A stretch of DNA of 64,000 nucleotides from Bacillota bacterium (GCA_017437745.1 JAFRYI010000006.1:1964-65963); one strand, 5' to 3'; positions 40,486 to 48,546 are shown, counted from the first letter of the stretch. Notes: generated by a model not told the origin, from the sequence alone. A program made the numbers and translations.

Positions 40486-40734
40486 TTACTTGCCGTCCTC
40501 CTCTGCTATTTCCACTACTTCTGTTTTTTCTGCTTTGTCCGCCTTGTCCTTTGCCTTGGAGATAGCGTCCGCAGCGGCGTCCACGCCTCTGCTCAGACCA
40601 CCGTGGAGGAGCTTCAGCAGGATGTAGACGATGGCGCCAACGACGATCCATGTGATGACTGCAAGCACTATGCTGTTGGTCTTAAGGCCGACCAGAATGG
40701 CGACTAACATTCCTATTACTATTGCTGATGTCAT
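40486..40734 (-). CDS. hypothetical small membrane protein (82 aa)
   Basis: Two hydrophobic helices plus a Lys/Asp/Glu-rich tail. AAAGGAAG SD. Confidence 0.6.
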   Translation of the reverse strand: MTSAIVIGMLVAILVGLKTNSIVLAVITWIVVGAIVYILLKLLHGGLSRGVDAAADAISKAKDKADKAEKTEVVEIAEEDGK

Positions 40735-40863
40735 GATGCTTACTTCCTTTCCGATAAATATAATAGCATAAAACCGAGACTTTTTCCCTACGGTCGAGGC
40801 AAAAACCGCTCTTTTTTATTTATAACTAATATGATAGAATAAGCTGGATAAAGGGGAATTGAT

Positions 40864-41301
40864 TTGGCTCAGGATCTTTTCAAAGAAGACATTCTGGAGA
40901 ACGCAATAACGCAGAAGCAGCTGGAGCGGAAAGAGCGCCGGGAGTCTTTGCGTATCAAGAAAGAGGAGCAGGAGAGGAAGCAGGCCGAAGCGGCGGCAAA
41001 GGCAAAGAAGCGCAGAAAGATAATGCTTATCGCCATCGCCGTTCTGCTGGTCGCCGGCTTCGTTTTCGGCCGCGCCGTTTACAGGATCTCCGAGCTGAAG
41101 AAGGAAAAGGCGCAGGCGGAGGCAAAGCTGGAGGCGCTTCAGGAGAAGCTGGACCAGCTGGAGGACGAGCTTACGCGCGTTACCAGCGACGAATACATAG
41201 AGCAGCAGGCCAGAACACACCTGCGCATGATATACCCGGGCGAGACGGTCTACATAGTGGTGCCGCCGGAAGAGACTTCGGGCAATAAAGCGGCAAATTA
41301 A
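40864..41301 (+). CDS. septum formation initiator family protein (FtsB/DivIC-like)
   Basis: 145 aa. One TM helix followed by a coiled coil (KKEKAQAEAKLEALQEKLDQLEDEL) and YIEQQARTHLRMIYPGE. TTG start in the track, so the start is uncertain. Confidence 0.72.
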   Translation: MAQDLFKEDILENAITQKQLERKERRESLRIKKEEQERKQAEAAAKAKKRRKIMLIAIAVLLVAGFVFGRAVYRISELKKEKAQAEAKLEALQEKLDQLEDELTRVTSDEYIEQQARTHLRMIYPGETVYIVVPPEETSGNKAAN

Positions 41302-41306
41302 AGCGG

Positions 41307-41344
41307 GACGATCCTCTGATTCTGATGCGGAGGACCGTCTTTTA
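41307..41344 (+). terminator. probable terminator after the divIC-like gene
   Basis: GACGATCCTC...GAGGACCGTC followed by TTTT. Confidence 0.55.
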
Positions 41345-41370
41345 AAATATTTGAGGAAGGGCCTGGAACT

Positions 41371-41446
41371 GATATTTCAGGAAAGGACCCAAGGACTGAT
41401 ATTCGGGGCAGGACCAAGGACAAACATTCGGGGCAGGACCAAGGAC
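41371..41446 (+). repeat. three tandem ~26-bp direct repeats abutting the rsmA start
   Basis: GATATTTCAGGAAAGGACCCAAGGAC, GATATTCGGGGCAGGACCAAGGAC and ACATTCGGGGCAGGACCAAGGAC. Confidence 0.8.
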
Positions 41447-41449
41447 AAA

Positions 41450-42361
41450 ATGGGAGATTTCAGGGCAAAGAAGGCTCTAGGACAGAATTTCATAAACGAC
41501 CCGCAGATAATAGAGGCGATAGTTGACGCCTGCAGCGCGGGTCCGGACGATACCGTGGTGGAGATAGGTCCCGGTAAGGGGGCTTTAACGTGCACGCTGG
41601 CGGAACGGGCCAAGCGAGTGATAGCCGTGGAGCTGGACAGTTCTGTCATCCCGCTGCTTAAGGGCAACCTTGCGGGAGCGCCTAACGTGGAGGTCGTAAA
41701 CGAAGACATCCTTAAGTTCGACTGGAGCAGGGTCTCGGTGCCTTTAAAGAATGCAGATTCAGCAACTGAAAAACAGTGCAGCGACCCGCATGCCGCCGCC
41801 AGAATGGAGCAAAAGCCCGAAAAGCCTTGCGATTCCGGAGACCTTCGAATAGTCGGAAATCTGCCGTACTATATAACAACGCCCATACTGCTTGGGATCC
41901 TGGAAAAGAACGTTCCGGCAAAGAGTATCACCGTAATGGTCCAGAAGGAGGTGGCGGAGCGCATCTGCGCAGGCCCCGGCGGCAAGGACTATGGCGTTTT
42001 GTCCATAAGTCTTCAGTACTATGCGGACTGCAGCTACGTTCTGGACGTTCCCGCGGAGTATTTTACCCCGCGTCCCAAGGTGGATTCCGCAGTGGTCCAC
42101 ATGACCCTTAAAAAAGAAAGGCTGCTGGCCCCGGAAGAGGAGCCGCAGTTCTTCGCCGTAGTAAAAAAGGCCTTCTCCCAGAGGAGAAAGACCCTTCTTA
42201 ATTCTCTCGTCGGCTATCGTACCGCGCCAGGCGCTGCCCCTCTGCAGAAGGAGGACATCCTTAAAGCGCTGGCAGCCTGCGGCGTCGACGAAAAGCGCCG
42301 CCCGGAGACTCTGTCCATAGAGGAGTTCGCTGCACTCAGCAGGGCGTTCCAGTATTCATAG
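41450..42361 (+). CDS. rsmA: 16S rRNA (adenine1518/1519-N6)-dimethyltransferase RsmA/KsgA
   Basis: ORF track gives 41351. I trimmed it to ATG 41450 (MGDFRAKKALGQNFINDPQII). EIGPGKGALT SAM motif. An internal ~35-aa insertion precedes GNLPYYITTP. Confidence 0.88.
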   Translation: MGDFRAKKALGQNFINDPQIIEAIVDACSAGPDDTVVEIGPGKGALTCTLAERAKRVIAVELDSSVIPLLKGNLAGAPNVEVVNEDILKFDWSRVSVPLKNADSATEKQCSDPHAAARMEQKPEKPCDSGDLRIVGNLPYYITTPILLGILEKNVPAKSITVMVQKEVAERICAGPGGKDYGVLSISLQYYADCSYVLDVPAEYFTPRPKVDSAVVHMTLKKERLLAPEEEPQFFAVVKKAFSQRRKTLLNSLVGYRTAPGAAPLQKEDILKALAACGVDEKRRPETLSIEEFAALSRAFQYS

Positions 42362-42391
42362 GACAGCCTGTAAGGTCCGGCAGGGCGCGCT

Positions 42392-42889
42392 TCATGGCGT
42401 CGTATAAAAGTAGTAGTAGCAGTTCCCCTTTTCATACTTCGCGTACACTTCCACGATATACACATCGTCTTCCGGAATGGTGAATCTCCAGCCGGTCCGG
42501 CTGGTCGTCACATCGCGTTGGATCGCGGAACTGTAGTCCTCCGTTGCAGCTGCGCTCTTCGGGTAGATGACTACGGAAACGGAGTCCGGATCTTTTCCGA
42601 ATTCAAGCATCAGGCTGTAGTCATCGTTCTCCGAGGCCTCTGTTCCCTGCAGTTCGCCCAGGTTATACAGTCTCAAAGGCCCCGCGCTGTCCGCGTTTAC
42701 ATCGGAGGTGCGGCTTGTTTGCCAGCTGTAGGTGCCCCGTTGGGCGCTTATTTTAATGCCGTACTCATTGGACACTTTAAGACCGGGCGGCTCGCTCAGA
42801 CTGCCGCCTTTGATCAGCAGCACTGCTGCCAGTATTATCACCGCGAAACAGCAGATCGTGAAGACAACTTTTTTCTTTTCCGGGTCCAC
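42392..42889 (-). CDS. hypothetical membrane-anchored protein (165 aa)
   Basis: N-terminal TM helix followed by a beta-rich extracytoplasmic-looking domain. No family recognised. Confidence 0.55.
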   Translation of the reverse strand: MDPEKKKVVFTICCFAVIILAAVLLIKGGSLSEPPGLKVSNEYGIKISAQRGTYSWQTSRTSDVNADSAGPLRLYNLGELQGTEASENDDYSLMLEFGKDPDSVSVVIYPKSAAATEDYSSAIQRDVTTSRTGWRFTIPEDDVYIVEVYAKYEKGNCYYYFYTTP

Positions 42890-43071
42890 GCGCAGCCTCC
42901 TTTCCGGACGATCCGTCCTTCACCATTATATCATACCCCCGTCGGCAATACAGGCAATTGCCCTAAATCGCTTCAAAACGCTTCAAAAATAAGCGTTTGT
43001 GTGATAAAATACATTAATTAGCGAACATGGCACAGCGCCGGAAAACGCGGCGCGGCCCTTAAGGAGATAAA

Positions 43072-44361
43072 ATGTTAGACATCAAGTTTGTAAGAAGCAA
43101 TCCGGAGCTCGTAAAGGAGAACATCCGCAAGAAGTTCCAGGACGAAAAACTGCCTCTGGTGGACGAGGTCATAGCGCTGGACGAGCAGCTGCGCGCGGCC
43201 AAGACCCGCGGCGACGAGCTTAGGGCTCTGCGCAACACCGTAAGCCGCGAGATCGGCGGTTTCATGAAGCAGGGTCTTAAGGACAAGGCGGAGGAAGCCA
43301 AGCAGAAGGTGGCCGAGATAGCGGACGAGCTGGCGGCTCTGGAAAAGCAGGAAGAGGAATCCCAGGCGGAGCTTACCAAGCGTATGATGGTCATCCCGAA
43401 CATCATAGATCCCTCCGTACCAATCGGCCCGGACGACACTCACAACGTGGAGCTGGAGAAGTTCGGCGAGCCTGTGGTCCCGGATTTCGAAGTACCCTAC
43501 CACGTGGACATTATGGAGAGCCTGGCCGGCATAGACATAGACGCCGCCCGCAGGACCTCCGGCAACGGATTCTACTATCTTAAGGGAGACATCGCCCGCC
43601 TGCACAGCAGCATACTGTCCTACGCGCGCGATTTCATGATAAACAAGGGCTTCGAGTATTTCATCCCGCCGTTCATGATCCACGGCGATGTGGTGAAGGG
43701 CGTAATGAGCTTTGCCGAGATGGAGAATATGATGTACAAGATAGAGGGCGAGGATCTGTATCTTATCGGTACGTCGGAGCACTCCATGGTTGGACGTTTT
43801 ATCGGACAAATGTTAAATAAAGAAGACCTTCCGCAGACTCTTACCAGCTACAGCCCCTGCTTCCGCAAGGAAGTGGGCGCCCACGGCATAGAGGAGCGCG
43901 GCGTCTACCGCATACACCAGTTCGAAAAGCAGGAGATGGTAGTCATCTGCGAGCCGGAGGATTCCCCGATGTGGTTCGACAAGCTCTGGAACAACACCGT
44001 AGAGTTCTTCCGCACCCTGGACATTCCGGTACGCACACTCGAGTGCTGCTCCGGAGACCTTGCGGATCTTAAGGTAAGGTCCCTGGATGTAGAGGCATGG
44101 AGCCCGCGCCAGAAGAAGTACTTCGAGGTAGGTTCCTGCTCCAACCTGGGCGACGCTCAGGCACGCAGGCTGGGCATCCGCGTGCGCGACAAGGAAAAGG
44201 GCAACTACCTGCCGCACACTCTCAACAACACCGTGGTGGCTCCGCCCCGCATGCTGATCGCGTTCCTGGAGAACAATCTGCAGGCTGACGGCAGCGTTCG
44301 CATCCCCAAGGCCCTGCAGCCTTACATGGGCGGCACGGAGAAACTGGTCCCCAAGAAGTAA
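43072..44361 (+). CDS. serS: serine--tRNA ligase
   Basis: 429 aa. N-terminal coiled-coil arm and class II core (FRKEVGAHG..., GSCSNLGDAQARR). AAGGAG SD. Confidence 0.95.
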   Translation: MLDIKFVRSNPELVKENIRKKFQDEKLPLVDEVIALDEQLRAAKTRGDELRALRNTVSREIGGFMKQGLKDKAEEAKQKVAEIADELAALEKQEEESQAELTKRMMVIPNIIDPSVPIGPDDTHNVELEKFGEPVVPDFEVPYHVDIMESLAGIDIDAARRTSGNGFYYLKGDIARLHSSILSYARDFMINKGFEYFIPPFMIHGDVVKGVMSFAEMENMMYKIEGEDLYLIGTSEHSMVGRFIGQMLNKEDLPQTLTSYSPCFRKEVGAHGIEERGVYRIHQFEKQEMVVICEPEDSPMWFDKLWNNTVEFFRTLDIPVRTLECCSGDLADLKVRSLDVEAWSPRQKKYFEVGSCSNLGDAQARRLGIRVRDKEKGNYLPHTLNNTVVAPPRMLIAFLENNLQADGSVRIPKALQPYMGGTEKLVPKK

Positions 44362-44377
44362 TTACAGAAACAGCAAA

Positions 44378-44412
44378 AGAAGAGCAACTAGCTTTTAGTT
44401 GCTCTTTGTTGT
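44378..44412 (+). terminator. intrinsic terminator after serS
   Basis: AAGAGCAACTA-gctt-TTAGTTGCTCTT followed by TGTTGTG. Confidence 0.7.
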
Positions 44413-44442
44413 GCGTAAAACAGTAAAGGAAGCAAAACACTC

Positions 44443-44865
44443 ATGATCCGCAGAATTATAGGCAGATTCGGCACTCCGTTATTCTTTCTGATAGTCCTTA
44501 TCGCATTCGTTGTAGTCCTGTCCGTGTTAAGTTCCGGTCATCCCAAGGACTGGAACGAGACCACCGGCGTCATCCGCAAGATCGAGACCGAAGTGGAATA
44601 CGGCCCCGGCAACGAGCGGAACGAGACCAATCACGTTTACGTGGAATACACCGTCGACGGCAAAAAATACGACCGGGAACTTGGCGTCTACATGCCGAGC
44701 TACAAGGAAGGCATGGAGCTTAAGATACTCGTGGATCCGGCCGACCCCCGCAGCATCACCGCGGCGGACATAGGGCCCATCCTGCGCTACTTTAAGATAG
44801 GCATTCCAATCACGGCCGTATTGTTCGTGCTAACGCTGGTCCTGGCTATAATAAGGAAGCGCTGA
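44443..44865 (+). CDS. DUF3592-like membrane protein
   Basis: 140 aa. TM helix, beta domain (GVIRKIETEV...YVEYTVDGKKY) and a C-terminal TM helix. This architecture is typical of DUF3592. Confidence 0.6.
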   Translation: MIRRIIGRFGTPLFFLIVLIAFVVVLSVLSSGHPKDWNETTGVIRKIETEVEYGPGNERNETNHVYVEYTVDGKKYDRELGVYMPSYKEGMELKILVDPADPRSITAADIGPILRYFKIGIPITAVLFVLTLVLAIIRKR

Positions 44866-44919
44866 TCAGAAGGGGCATTTTAGTCCGGACCCACGACCAT
44901 TCAGCCGCAAAGCAAACAA

Positions 44920-45411
44920 ATGCAGCACATAGTCCACCCAATTCCGCCGTTCTATGACGGAACATCCAGAATATTGATACTTGGAAGCTTTCCTTCGGTA
45001 AAGTCCAGGGAGAGCGGGTTTTTCTACGGCCATCCGCAGAACCGCTTCTGGAAGCTGCTGGCGGAGATGTTCGGCGAACCGATCCCGAAGACCGTTCCGG
45101 AGAAAGCGGACATGCTGCGGCGGCATCACATTGCGGCCTGGGACTCCATCCATTCCTGCGACATAGAGGGTTCAAGCGACAGCTCCATAACTAACGTGGT
45201 ACCTAACGACTTTACGGAGCTGCTTGCGGCGGCCGACATCCGCGCGGTCTTTACCAACGGAAAGAAGTCGCACGAGATCTACACTAAGTACTGCCTGCCT
45301 CAGACCGGACGCCCGGCCATATGCCTTCCGTCCACTTCGCCGGCCAACGCCGCATGGAACATGGAGCGCCTGCTCGAGGCTTGGAGACAGATCCTGGAAT
45401 ACCTGGACTGA
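44920..45411 (+). CDS. DNA-deoxyinosine/uracil-DNA glycosylase superfamily protein
   Basis: 163 aa. ILILGSFPS...GFFYGHPQNRFW and PSTSPAN motifs resemble UDG-superfamily hypoxanthine/mismatch glycosylases. Confidence 0.7.
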   Translation: MQHIVHPIPPFYDGTSRILILGSFPSVKSRESGFFYGHPQNRFWKLLAEMFGEPIPKTVPEKADMLRRHHIAAWDSIHSCDIEGSSDSSITNVVPNDFTELLAAADIRAVFTNGKKSHEIYTKYCLPQTGRPAICLPSTSPANAAWNMERLLEAWRQILEYLD

Positions 45412-45514
45412 CGAAAAGCAAGTAATTGCTCTTGAACCATCCGGATCGATACGATCATGGTGGCTTTGATGCCCTGCCCCAGATATCTCTGTACCGTTTT
45501 TGCCAATAATAAAA

Positions 45515-45543
45515 TTGAGCGCCCGGGGCGCTCTTTTTATAAT
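45515..45543 (+). promoter_or_regulatory. terminator hairpin (GAGCGCC-cgg-GGCGCTC + T5) overlapped by a sigma-A-like promoter TTGAGC-17-TATAAT
   Basis: -35 TTGAGC at 45515-20, a 17-nt spacer and -10 TATAAT at 45538-43. The hairpin at 45517-33 can terminate on either strand. Confidence 0.55.
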
Positions 45544-45549
45544 GTTATT

Positions 45550-45777
45550 GTGCTGCCGGAAGACGGTCAGCCCTTCCGCTTGGAGGGGTATCCTCCGGGC
45601 GAGAATTCGCAAAGGGGGTGATCCTATGACTGTAATGGATATGATCACGCGGATCTGCTTTGCAGTGACGCTTTTTATAGCCGGTTACACCATCGGAAAA
45701 AAGAAATGATCGCCAAATAGTTTCGAGGCATTGACGATCATTGTCAATAATCCAGGCTGACCGTCTTCCGGCAGCAC
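45550..45777. repeat. perfect 23-nt long-range inverted repeat flanking the small ORF
   Basis: GTGCTGCCGGAAGACGGTCAGCC at 45550-45572 has its exact reverse complement at 45755-45777. Confidence 0.95.
45626..45709 (+). CDS. 27-aa hydrophobic peptide, candidate type I toxin
   Basis: MTVMDMITRICFAVTLFIAGYTIGKKK. Strong SD AAGGGGGTG 5 nt upstream. The 69-aa track ORF (45500..45709) shares the frame, but its upstream part crosses the promoter/terminator. Confidence 0.45.
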   Translation: MTVMDMITRICFAVTLFIAGYTIGKKK

Positions 45778-45831
45778 CTTTGTATCAATAGTTTATCAGC
45801 GGGGCGCAGACGCGTCAAGCGCATTGCGGCC

Positions 45832-45870
45832 CTGAAAAGAAAAAAGCCCCGCATGGACGCGGGGCTGCTT
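45832..45870 (-). terminator. intrinsic terminator of serA (usable on both strands)
   Basis: AGCCCCGC-atggac-GCGGGGCT. On the minus strand it is followed by TTTTTTCTTTT. Confidence 0.85.
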
Positions 45871-45901
45871 TTATTGACACCGTCTGATCTCTGTAAGATC
45901 C

Positions 45902-47074
45902 TTACTTAATGATACGTACGCGTATAACTCCGTCTATGGCCTCCAGTGCGTCGGCAAGCTTCTGCGGTACCTGGGTGTTGAAGTCCAGGATGGTGTAGGC
46001 TATGCCTTCGCGGGCCTTGTTCACCAGATTCTCTATGTTGAGGCCCATGCCTGCGATCTTCTCGGTCATGAGGCCCAGCATGCCGACCTTGTTCTCGTGG
46101 ATGACGGTTATGCGGTCGCCTTCCGCGCGGGCGAAGCTGACGTCCGGCAGGTTTACGGAGTTGAGCACGTTGCCGTTCTCTAAGTAGTCGATGGTCTGGC
46201 GGGCCGCCATGATCGCGCAGTTGATCTCCGCCTCCGGGGTGCCGCTTGCCAGGTGAGGCGTGCAGAACACCTTGTCCATCTTCTTCATGCGGGGGGTGGG
46301 GAAGTCCGTTGCATAGCCGGCTATCTTGCCGCTTTCGAGAGCGTCGCAGATTACGTCGCCGTCGACTATGCCGCCGCGCGCGAAGTTCGCAAGGTAGACT
46401 CCGTCCTTCATAAGAGCGACGGCCTTTGCGTCTACCATTCCCTTGGTCTCATCGTTGAGCGGGGGATGCACGGTAACTACGTCCGCGTCCTTTATCGCTT
46501 CCTCGAAGCTGGGGGCGAAGTCCAGATATGCGCCAAGCTCCAGATATCTGCTGTGCGACAGGTAGGGATCGTAGCCTACGACCTTCATTCCAAGGTCGTG
46601 GCAGGCCTTGGCCACGCGCGAACCTACGTTGCCCACGCCGATCACCGCTATCTTCTTGCCCATTATCTCCGGGCCGCGGAACTTTTCCTTGCCGGACTCC
46701 ACAACGTTCTTGCCGTAGGCGGAGTCTTCGTCGGAGAGATTGCGGACCCAGGTCATGGCCTGGTAGCCGTTGCGCATGCTCATGATTATCGCCGCGATGG
46801 TCATTTCCTTTACCGCGTTGGCGTTGCCTCCGGGGCAGTTGACCACGCATATGCCCTGCTGAGTGCAGCGCTCGATTGGGATGTTGTTTACGCCTGCGCC
46901 GCAGCGCGCGATTATCTTCAGCTCCGGGCCGAATTCCATGTCGTGGATGGGCATGGAGCGTACCAGTATGGCGTCCGGTTTTTTAACGTCCTTGCTCAGC
47001 GTGTATTTGTTCGTGTCGAACGCGTCTATGCCTTCCTTGGCGACGTTGTTAAGAACCAGAATGTTGTTCATCAT
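45902..47074 (-). CDS. serA: D-3-phosphoglycerate dehydrogenase with C-terminal ACT domain
   Basis: 390 aa. NAD-binding IGVGNVGSRVA, 2-hydroxyacid dehydrogenase core and an ACT-like tail. Lies downstream of serC. Confidence 0.88.
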   Translation of the reverse strand: MMNNILVLNNVAKEGIDAFDTNKYTLSKDVKKPDAILVRSMPIHDMEFGPELKIIARCGAGVNNIPIERCTQQGICVVNCPGGNANAVKEMTIAAIIMSMRNGYQAMTWVRNLSDEDSAYGKNVVESGKEKFRGPEIMGKKIAVIGVGNVGSRVAKACHDLGMKVVGYDPYLSHSRYLELGAYLDFAPSFEEAIKDADVVTVHPPLNDETKGMVDAKAVALMKDGVYLANFARGGIVDGDVICDALESGKIAGYATDFPTPRMKKMDKVFCTPHLASGTPEAEINCAIMAARQTIDYLENGNVLNSVNLPDVSFARAEGDRITVIHENKVGMLGLMTEKIAGMGLNIENLVNKAREGIAYTILDFNTQVPQKLADALEAIDGVIRVRIIK

Positions 47075-47139
47075 ATCCTCCTTGACGGCCTGCGCCGTGT
47101 GTCTGCCTTTTTTCCGGGGCGTCAGCCCTGACGTCCGAA

Positions 47140-48252
47140 CTATCTGTTGGCCAGCTCGAACTCTTTCATTACTTCTATAAGCTTTTTGACGCCCTCGAGC
47201 GGCATTCCGTTGTATATGCTTGCTCTGCAGCCGCCTGCCGCGCGGTGTCCCTTAAGGTTTATCAGGCCTTTGGACGCTGCCGCCGCCACGAAGTCCGCGG
47301 TCAGCTGGTCGTCCGGGAGCCGGAACACCACGTTCATGATAGATCGGTCGCCCGGCCGTACCGGGTTGGTGTAGAGCCCGGAGTTGTCGATGAAGTCGTA
47401 CAGCAGGCCTGCTTTTTCGCGGTTCCTGCGCTCCATCTCAGCCACGCCGCCCTGTTCCTGCACCCATTTGAACATCAGTCCGGATACGTATATGGAGAAG
47501 CACGGCGGGGTGTTGTACATGGATCTGGCCTTGACCATGGGCGCGTAGCGAAGCATTATGGGGACCACGGGGTCGATCTCGCGCTCCAGGATGTCCTTTT
47601 TAAGGATGACCACGGTGACGCCCGCGGGGCCTATGTTCTTCTGCGCTCCGGCGTAGATCAGGTCGTAGTCCTTAACGTTTATGTTTACGCCCAGGATGGC
47701 CGACGACCAGTCGCCGACAAGCCTTGCGTCCTTAGCGAAAGCGGGTATCTGCGGGATGTCCCAGAAAGTCGTTCCGAATACGGTGTTGTTTCCGGTAAAG
47801 TGCAGGAGCTTCGCGTCCGCAGGGAAGGGCCGAGCCTCGGAGCCTTCGCCTATCTCAGGTATGAAGGTGTACTTTTCGTCCGCGGAGCTTGCCACGCATA
47901 CGGCGTTTCCCCAGCGGGCGCCTTCGTCCATGGCTTTGCCGGAGAACTGGCCGGACTTGATGAAAGCCATGGTATCGCCCTGATGGGCAAGGTTCATGCA
48001 GACCTCGGAGAACTGCGTGGTGGCGCCCCCCTGGAGGAACAGCACCGCGTAATCGTCCGGAATGTCCATAAGCTTGCGCAGGTCCGCCTCGGCCGTGTCG
48101 ATTATGGCGTCGAAGGACTTGCTGCGGTGGCTCATCTCCAGCACCGAAGCGCCTGCGCCCGGGTAGCAGAGCAGGTCTTTCTGCGCCTGCTGAAGAACTT
48201 CCATGGGCATCTGGCTTGGGCCGGCCGAGAAATTGTAGACTCTTTCTTCCAT
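47140..48252 (-). CDS. serC: 3-phosphoserine aminotransferase
   Basis: 370 aa. YNFSAGPSQMP N-terminus and GAQKNIGPAGVT PLP-Lys region. Confidence 0.92.
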   Translation of the reverse strand: MEERVYNFSAGPSQMPMEVLQQAQKDLLCYPGAGASVLEMSHRSKSFDAIIDTAEADLRKLMDIPDDYAVLFLQGGATTQFSEVCMNLAHQGDTMAFIKSGQFSGKAMDEGARWGNAVCVASSADEKYTFIPEIGEGSEARPFPADAKLLHFTGNNTVFGTTFWDIPQIPAFAKDARLVGDWSSAILGVNINVKDYDLIYAGAQKNIGPAGVTVVILKKDILEREIDPVVPIMLRYAPMVKARSMYNTPPCFSIYVSGLMFKWVQEQGGVAEMERRNREKAGLLYDFIDNSGLYTNPVRPGDRSIMNVVFRLPDDQLTADFVAAAASKGLINLKGHRAAGGCRASIYNGMPLEGVKKLIEVMKEFELANR

Positions 48253-48358
48253 TTTGACGGATCCTTCTATGTTCCGGGCCTGACGCTTCAGTATCCTGCC
48301 CGCGATCTGCAGAACTATGTCTGCGATCGGCGCAGCGGTTCGCCGCCCGTACTCTACT

Positions 48359-48386
48359 AAAAAACCGGAAGTGCAAGCTTCCGGCT
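48359..48386 (-). terminator. leader terminator (attenuator) upstream of serC
   Basis: Minus-strand RNA is AGCCGGAAG-cuugca-CUUCCGG followed by UUUUUU, about 105 nt before the serC ATG. Confidence 0.7.
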
Positions 48387-48420
48387 GATCATCGTGTTAT
48401 CGTACCAGGAAAGCTCGCAT

Positions 48421-48489
48421 TCAAAACTTCAGCACCCAGGAGGAGCCGGAGCAGGAAGACGATGAAGACGAGGATTTTGTGATTCTCAT
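48421..48489 (-). CDS. 22-codon Ser-rich leader peptide (candidate serCA attenuator peptide)
   Basis: My translation is MRITKSSSSSSSCSGSSWVLKF. It has seven consecutive Ser codons (TCC TCG TCT TCA TCG TCT TCC) and 10 Ser in total. SD AAAGGAAAG. Confidence 0.55.
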   Translation of the reverse strand: MRITKSSSSSSSCSGSSWVLKF

Positions 48490-48517
48490 ACAACTTTCCT
48501 TTCGAAATATTGTGTTA

Positions 48518-48546
48518 ATAATACGCTTATGCGCGGGAAATGTCAA
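48518..48546 (-). promoter_or_regulatory. sigma-A-like promoter for the serCA leader
   Basis: On the minus strand, TTGACA (48546-48541), a 17-nt spacer and TATTAT (48523-48518). Confidence 0.6.

Noticed and set aside
39766-40707. 313-aa plus-strand ORF covering the small-protein operon region.
   Set aside because: It has shadow-type composition. The three minus-strand ORFs have SDs, coupled stop/start spacing, TM helices and a terminator, so they are the better model.
43038-43070. Mini-ORF MAQRRKTRRGP upstream of serS as a possible leader peptide.
   Set aside because: It has no Ser codons and no following terminator. It overlaps the serS SD and is probably fortuitous.
42890-43071. Search for T-box leaders upstream of serS. 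I also searched upstream of trpS (851-964) and metG (50874-51176).
   Set aside because: The regions are short (about 115-300 nt) and lack the T-box core (AANNNGGGTGGTACCGCG-like), specifier-loop and AG-bay features. I did not call any T-box.
45500-45709. 69-aa version of the small ORF.
   Set aside because: Its first 42 codons cross the terminator hairpin, the promoter and the inverted-repeat arm. Only the internal ATG at 45626 has a strong SD, so I call the 27-aa form.
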